Virus record (IMG/VR): IMGVR_UViG_3300042307_000844
Reading direction: 5' to 3' (one strand)
DNA from: a virus
Lineage: Duplodnaviria > Caudoviricetes
DNA: 64,000 nt
In this document: one piece after another, positions 62,921-64,000 of the stretch
Layout of the letters: each line of letters begins with the position of its first letter
How positions within the stretch are numbered: position 1 is the first letter of the stretch
Translations under genes and position numbers: made by a program
The notes under the pieces: model-generated
The model's database searches: none
Told to the model about the DNA's origin: nothing
What the model saw: the letters and a program-made list of their open reading frames with translations, nothing else

Positions 62921-63091
62921 TTAATAAAGGTTCTCACTGTAGAGCGTTCCATCAGAAGATACTTTTCGTCTGATCTGACCTTCTTTTTCAGCTATTTTCC
63001 AAGCATCCTCACGATGGCGTATCGTCATTGCTTTGTCCTTGTAGTAATGCTTGTCGCCATATTTGCCGATGTTAATGTATACTGGAGTCAT
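62921..63091 (-). pseudogene. Truncated third paralog of the HREDGPA-repeat gene with an unrelated tail
   Basis: MTPVYINIGKYGDKHYYKDKAMTIRHRED then AWKIAEKEG...; not in the ORF track. Confidence 0.7.
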
Positions 63092-63121
63092 AATGTTCGT
63101 TTCGTGTTCGTTTCGTGTTCC

Positions 63122-63652
63122 TTACTTAGAGATCTTCAACTTGCTAACATCAATCCCAAACTTAGATGCAATCTCGTCCATCGTCAAGACGATTTCTGGA
63201 GCAGTTCGCTTGAGGAATTCTTGTTCATCGTGTTCCACTCCATTGACGTACCATTCTTTATGTCCATCGGCAAATTCAATAGCAGGACCGTCTTCACGAT
63301 GGCGTTTTCCATCGACGTACCAAGATTTATCTCCACCGGCATGTTCAATTGCAGGACCGTCTTCACGATGGCGTTTTCCATTAGAGTACCAAACTTTATG
63401 TCCATCGGGGTATTCAACCGCAGGACCATCTTCACGATGGCGTTTTCCATTAGAGTACCAAACTTTATGTCCATCGGGGTATTCAACCGCAGGACCATCT
63501 TCACGATGGCGTTTTCCATTAGAGTACCAAGCTTTACTCCCATCGGCAAGTTCAACCGCAGGACCGTCTTCACGATGGCGTATCGTCATTGCTTTGTCCT
63601 TGTAGTAATGCTTGTTTCCGTATTCGTTGATGATAATGTATACTGGAGTCAT
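63122..63652 (-). CDS. MORN-variant/YwqK-like repeat protein (five 23-aa HREDGPA repeats) with HTH-like tail
   Basis: 69-nt tandem repeats; tail LTMDEIASKFGIDVSKLKISK. Confidence 0.85.
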   Translation of the reverse strand: MTPVYIIINEYGNKHYYKDKAMTIRHREDGPAVELADGSKAWYSNGKRHREDGPAVEYPDGHKVWYSNGKRHREDGPAVEYPDGHKVWYSNGKRHREDGPAIEHAGGDKSWYVDGKRHREDGPAIEFADGHKEWYVNGVEHDEQEFLKRTAPEIVLTMDEIASKFGIDVSKLKISK

Positions 63653-63671
63653 AATGTTCGTTTCGTGTTCG

Positions 63672-63995
63672 TTACTTAGAGATCTTTAGCTTGCTTACTT
63701 CAATGCCAAACTTAGATGCAATCTCGTCCATCGTCAAGACGATTTCTTTAGCGGTTTTAAGAAGGAATTCTTGTTCACCGTGTTTCACTCCGTCGAGATA
63801 CCAAACTTTATGTCCATCGGGGTATTCAACCGCAGGACCATCTTCACGATGGCGTTTTCCATTAGAGTACCAAGCTTTACTCCCATCGGCAAGTTCAACC
63901 GCAGGACCGTCTTCACGATGGCGTATCGTCATTGCTTTGTCCTTGTAGTAATGCTTGTTTCCGTATTCGTTGATGATAATGTATACTGGAGTCAT
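63672..63995 (-). CDS. Paralog with two HREDGPA repeats
   Basis: Near-identical 5' region and tail to 63122-63652. Confidence 0.85.
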   Translation of the reverse strand: MTPVYIIINEYGNKHYYKDKAMTIRHREDGPAVELADGSKAWYSNGKRHREDGPAVEYPDGHKVWYLDGVKHGEQEFLLKTAKEIVLTMDEIASKFGIEVSKLKISK

Positions 63996-64000
63996 AATGT

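Larger units (their letters stand above)
29061..62922 (-). promoter_or_regulatory. About 80 copies of the element (T)AAAAACTA(G/A)NN-TANNAT-N~9-ATG in front of individual genes
   Basis: TAGTTTTT on the + strand at e.g. 29452, 29695, 30037, 30357, 30699 and onward to about 62915; count is manual and approximate. Confidence 0.92.

Noticed and set aside
29061-62922. AAAAACTA as a Mimivirus-like AAAATTGA early promoter, implying a eukaryotic virus
   Set aside because: Portal gp20, gp13, gp15, sigma70-type promoters, bacterial tRNAs and an endolysin all indicate a bacteriophage; the ACC-ATG context is explained by short leaders.
29185-63948. Plus-strand ORFs in the early array (e.g. 37260-37883, 54327-54992, 55723-56286, 63014-63679)
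   Set aside because: Antisense shadows of real minus-strand genes or of repeats; no promoter motif and no recognisable domains.
62921-63995. Diversity-generating retroelement acting on the HREDGPA repeats
   Set aside because: Many differences could derive from template adenines, but there are C/T changes (gac/gat, tac/tat), synonymous A positions (GAA, AAA) are almost invariant, and no reverse transcriptase or template repeat is in the window. A whole-genome RT search would settle it.

Overview
This window is part of a large T4-like (Tevenvirinae-type, possibly jumbo) myophage genome, AT-rich and without Shine-Dalgarno motifs. About 1-28.8 kb holds late/structural and nucleotide-metabolism genes: gp15, portal gp20, neck gp13, a split gp5, nrdA/nrdB, ClpP-like protease, M15 endolysin, thyX, a CCA-adding enzyme, three homing endonucleases and two tRNA clusters. 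A non-coding boundary with repeats and a strong terminator lies at 28.8-29.2 kb. From 29.2 to 64 kb a minus-strand array of more than 100 mostly tiny genes follows; about 80 (manual count) have their own copy of a TAAAAACTA-N3-TANNAT-N~9-ATG element that often includes the previous gene's stop codon. Main leads: (i) integron-type gene cassettes with attC sites and complementary core sites inside the array, with no integrase in the window; (ii) a graded set of tRNAs and tRNA-like RNAs with expanded internal arms (Pro +20 nt, fMet +15 nt, a 104-nt and a 201-nt RNA) next to a late-expressed, possibly virion-packaged CCA enzyme; (iii) the promoter-junction cassette architecture itself. All calls come from reading the sequence by eye; no database searches were run.
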